The translations under genes and the position numbers were made by a program. Shown here in pieces: positions 41,953-43,022 of a DNA stretch of 43,022 nucleotides. This DNA is from a virus. The stretch's first letter is position 1. Each line of letters begins with the position of its first letter. Under the pieces are notes generated by a model. It saw nothing but the letters and a program-made list of their open reading frames with translations. It searched no databases and was not told the origin of the DNA. The stretch is taken from IMG/VR virus record IMGVR_UViG_3300045988_043056; one strand, 5' to 3'.

Positions 41953-42806
41953 GTCGTTTCCTCCATCCTCGTTAATTCCTCCCGCAATGCGCGGAAGATC
42001 GGATATGCCTGCTGCGGTACTACCGCGTTTCCGAGGCATTTAAGTCTGTCCACCCGATAGGGAATCCCATTAGCCACTCTACCCACATCGGGTTCAACTG
42101 CCCAGCAACCTCCGTTCGCAAGCTCCTGTGATTCTTTCCTCCGGTTGTTCCCGTCGCATCCGCCGCGCACGGTGTTGTGTAGAGTTTCACCGCGTTTGCC
42201 AGTTGTCCAACGTGGTGTTGGTTCCCCGGTTCCTTCGCCTGTTTTAGGTGCTCCATGCTGTTTGCGTCCTTGTGGTCTCTCGCCGTCGGCGTTGGCCACA
42301 TCCTGAATTCCTCCAACAAAGAACACCCTTGCTCTCCTGTGCCAAGCTCCGACAGCCGCAGCTTCAAAACAGAGCACGACGACGTGATACCCTGCCTGCT
42401 CCAGATCCTTGACCACTTGCCCGGCGGCAATCCTGAGGATTCCAGGAACGTTCTCACCGACAACGCAATGCGGGCGCAGCTCTCGGATAACTCGGAGCAT
42501 CTCAGGCCATAGGCAACGATCATCCTCTTTTCCTTTTTGCTTTCCTGCCACGGAAAACGGCTGGCAGGGGAATCCGCCGGAAATAACGTCAACTGTTCGT
42601 AATCCTGTGCGCTCATAGAAGCTCTCCTTTGTCAAAGTCCGGATGTCGCGCCAGCGCGGCACATCCGGCCAGTGCTTTTCCAGCACCTTTGTGGGATAGT
42701 CGGCAAATTCGCACTGTCCGACGGTTTCAAACCCGGCCCATTCCGCCGCCAGATCCAGACCTCCGATGCCGCTAAACAGGCTCAGATGCGTCAACCCCGG
42801 CATCAT
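41949..42806 (-). CDS. dcm: DNA (cytosine-5)-methyltransferase
   Basis: Motif I LFSGIGGLD, motif IV GGFPCQPFS, motif VI VVGENVPG, motif VIII HRRARVFFVG, motif X LGNAVVPQ. Confidence 0.9.
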   Translation of the reverse strand: MMPGLTHLSLFSGIGGLDLAAEWAGFETVGQCEFADYPTKVLEKHWPDVPRWRDIRTLTKESFYERTGLRTVDVISGGFPCQPFSVAGKQKGKEDDRCLWPEMLRVIRELRPHCVVGENVPGILRIAAGQVVKDLEQAGYHVVVLCFEAAAVGAWHRRARVFFVGGIQDVANADGERPQGRKQHGAPKTGEGTGEPTPRWTTGKRGETLHNTVRGGCDGNNRRKESQELANGGCWAVEPDVGRVANGIPYRVDRLKCLGNAVVPQQAYPIFRALREELTRMEETT

Positions 42807-43022
42807 CCATCCTCCTCACATAGTGACATTTGCCCGTCAGCATCGAGAATCGATGCCGTATTATTCCCACTGCTTGTACTCTTAATCGCCGCCGCGTCCT
42901 GCTCTTTGCTCAATGCTCTTATGGCCTCGTATTCTCGATGCGAAAGGCCCCATCTTTCGGCGGCAGCTCTTTCGGCGGCAGCTCTTTCGGCGGCAGCTCT
43001 TTCGGCGGCAGCTCTTTCGGCG
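42803..43022 (-). CDS. 3' part of the adenine-methyltransferase-like ORF that begins at 737
   Basis: The frame continues ...AAERAAAERAAAERWGLSHREYEAIRALSKEQDAAAIKSTSSGNNTASILDADGQMSLCEEDG. TGA at 42803-42805 overlaps the ATGATG start of dcm. 737 + 220 nt = 957 nt, which is divisible by 3. Confidence 0.75.
   Translation of the reverse strand, partial: AERAAAERAAAERAAAERAAAERWGLSHREYEAIRALSKEQDAAAIKSTSSGNNTASILDADGQMSLCEEDG
42951..43022. repeat. 15-bp tandem repeat (1 degenerate unit, 3 full units and 12 nt), the same unit as at 1-55
   Basis: CATCTTTCGGCGGCA at 42951-42965. GCTCTTTCGGCGGCA at 42966-42980, 42981-42995 and 42996-43010. A partial unit at 43011-43022. Confidence 0.95.

Larger units (their letters stand above)
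1..43022. mobile_element. Complete temperate phage / prophage-type replicon, circularly permuted in this window
   Basis: Integrase plus attP-like site, repressor switch, Rep, TerS/TerL, portal, capsid and lysis cassette are all present. An ORF wraps across the 43022->1 junction in frame. The first 12/27/42 nt are identical to the last 12/27/42 nt. Confidence 0.8.

Overview
The window reads as one complete, circularly closed (or terminally redundant) ~43 kb genome of a temperate tailed phage or prophage. The host looks like a GC-rich Gram-positive, probably Clostridia-type, judging from GGAGG ribosome-binding sites, an XhlA/holin/CHAP-lysin cassette and a PG_binding_1 domain. I ran no searches, so all functional calls rest on hand translation and motifs I recognise.

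**Closure.** A minus-strand adenine-methyltransferase ORF leaves the window at position 1 and re-enters at 43022. It passes through a 15-bp tandem repeat present at both window ends.

**Plus strand, about 3.3-8.4 kb: lysogeny and accessory module**
- Five near-consensus sigma-70 promoters.
- A CI-like XRE repressor placed back-to-back with a minus-strand early promoter.
- Two small convergent ORF pairs.
- A T-rich membrane-protein cassette flanked by 21-bp direct repeats.
- A NYN-domain nuclease behind a terminator-containing leader.
- A membrane-anchored HTH protein coupled to a tyrosine integrase.
- An attP-like region carrying a tRNA/tmRNA 3'-end fragment.

**Minus strand: everything else, in transcription order**
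- Early genes, wrapping through the window ends: XRE/HNH-like/Zn-ribbon proteins, an adenine MTase, a C5-cytosine MTase and two NDT/DUF4406-like proteins.
- An HUH rolling-circle Rep with a hairpin-rich upstream region.
- A sigma-region-4-like regulator, then TerS.
- A collagen-repeat tail fibre.
- A lysis cassette.
- A second sigma-like regulator.
- Scaffold, decoration protein and major capsid.
- A 624-aa beta-rich virion protein.
- TerL and a portal.
- A 341-aa protein and a single 3,759-aa ORF.
- A six-gene cluster of unusual composition ending at attP.

**Most interesting signals**
- The giant, mosaic, polyvalent-type ORF, which contains two HExxH modules.
- Two families of exactly duplicated regulatory boxes sharing a GGAAGT core. 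They sit after terminators and in front of the late operons.
- The NYN and membrane accessory genes.
- The att-proximal cluster: a C1q/BclA-like protein, a Cys-rich membrane protein and Y/G/S/R-rich proteins.
- No tail tube, sheath or tape-measure gene is recognisable.
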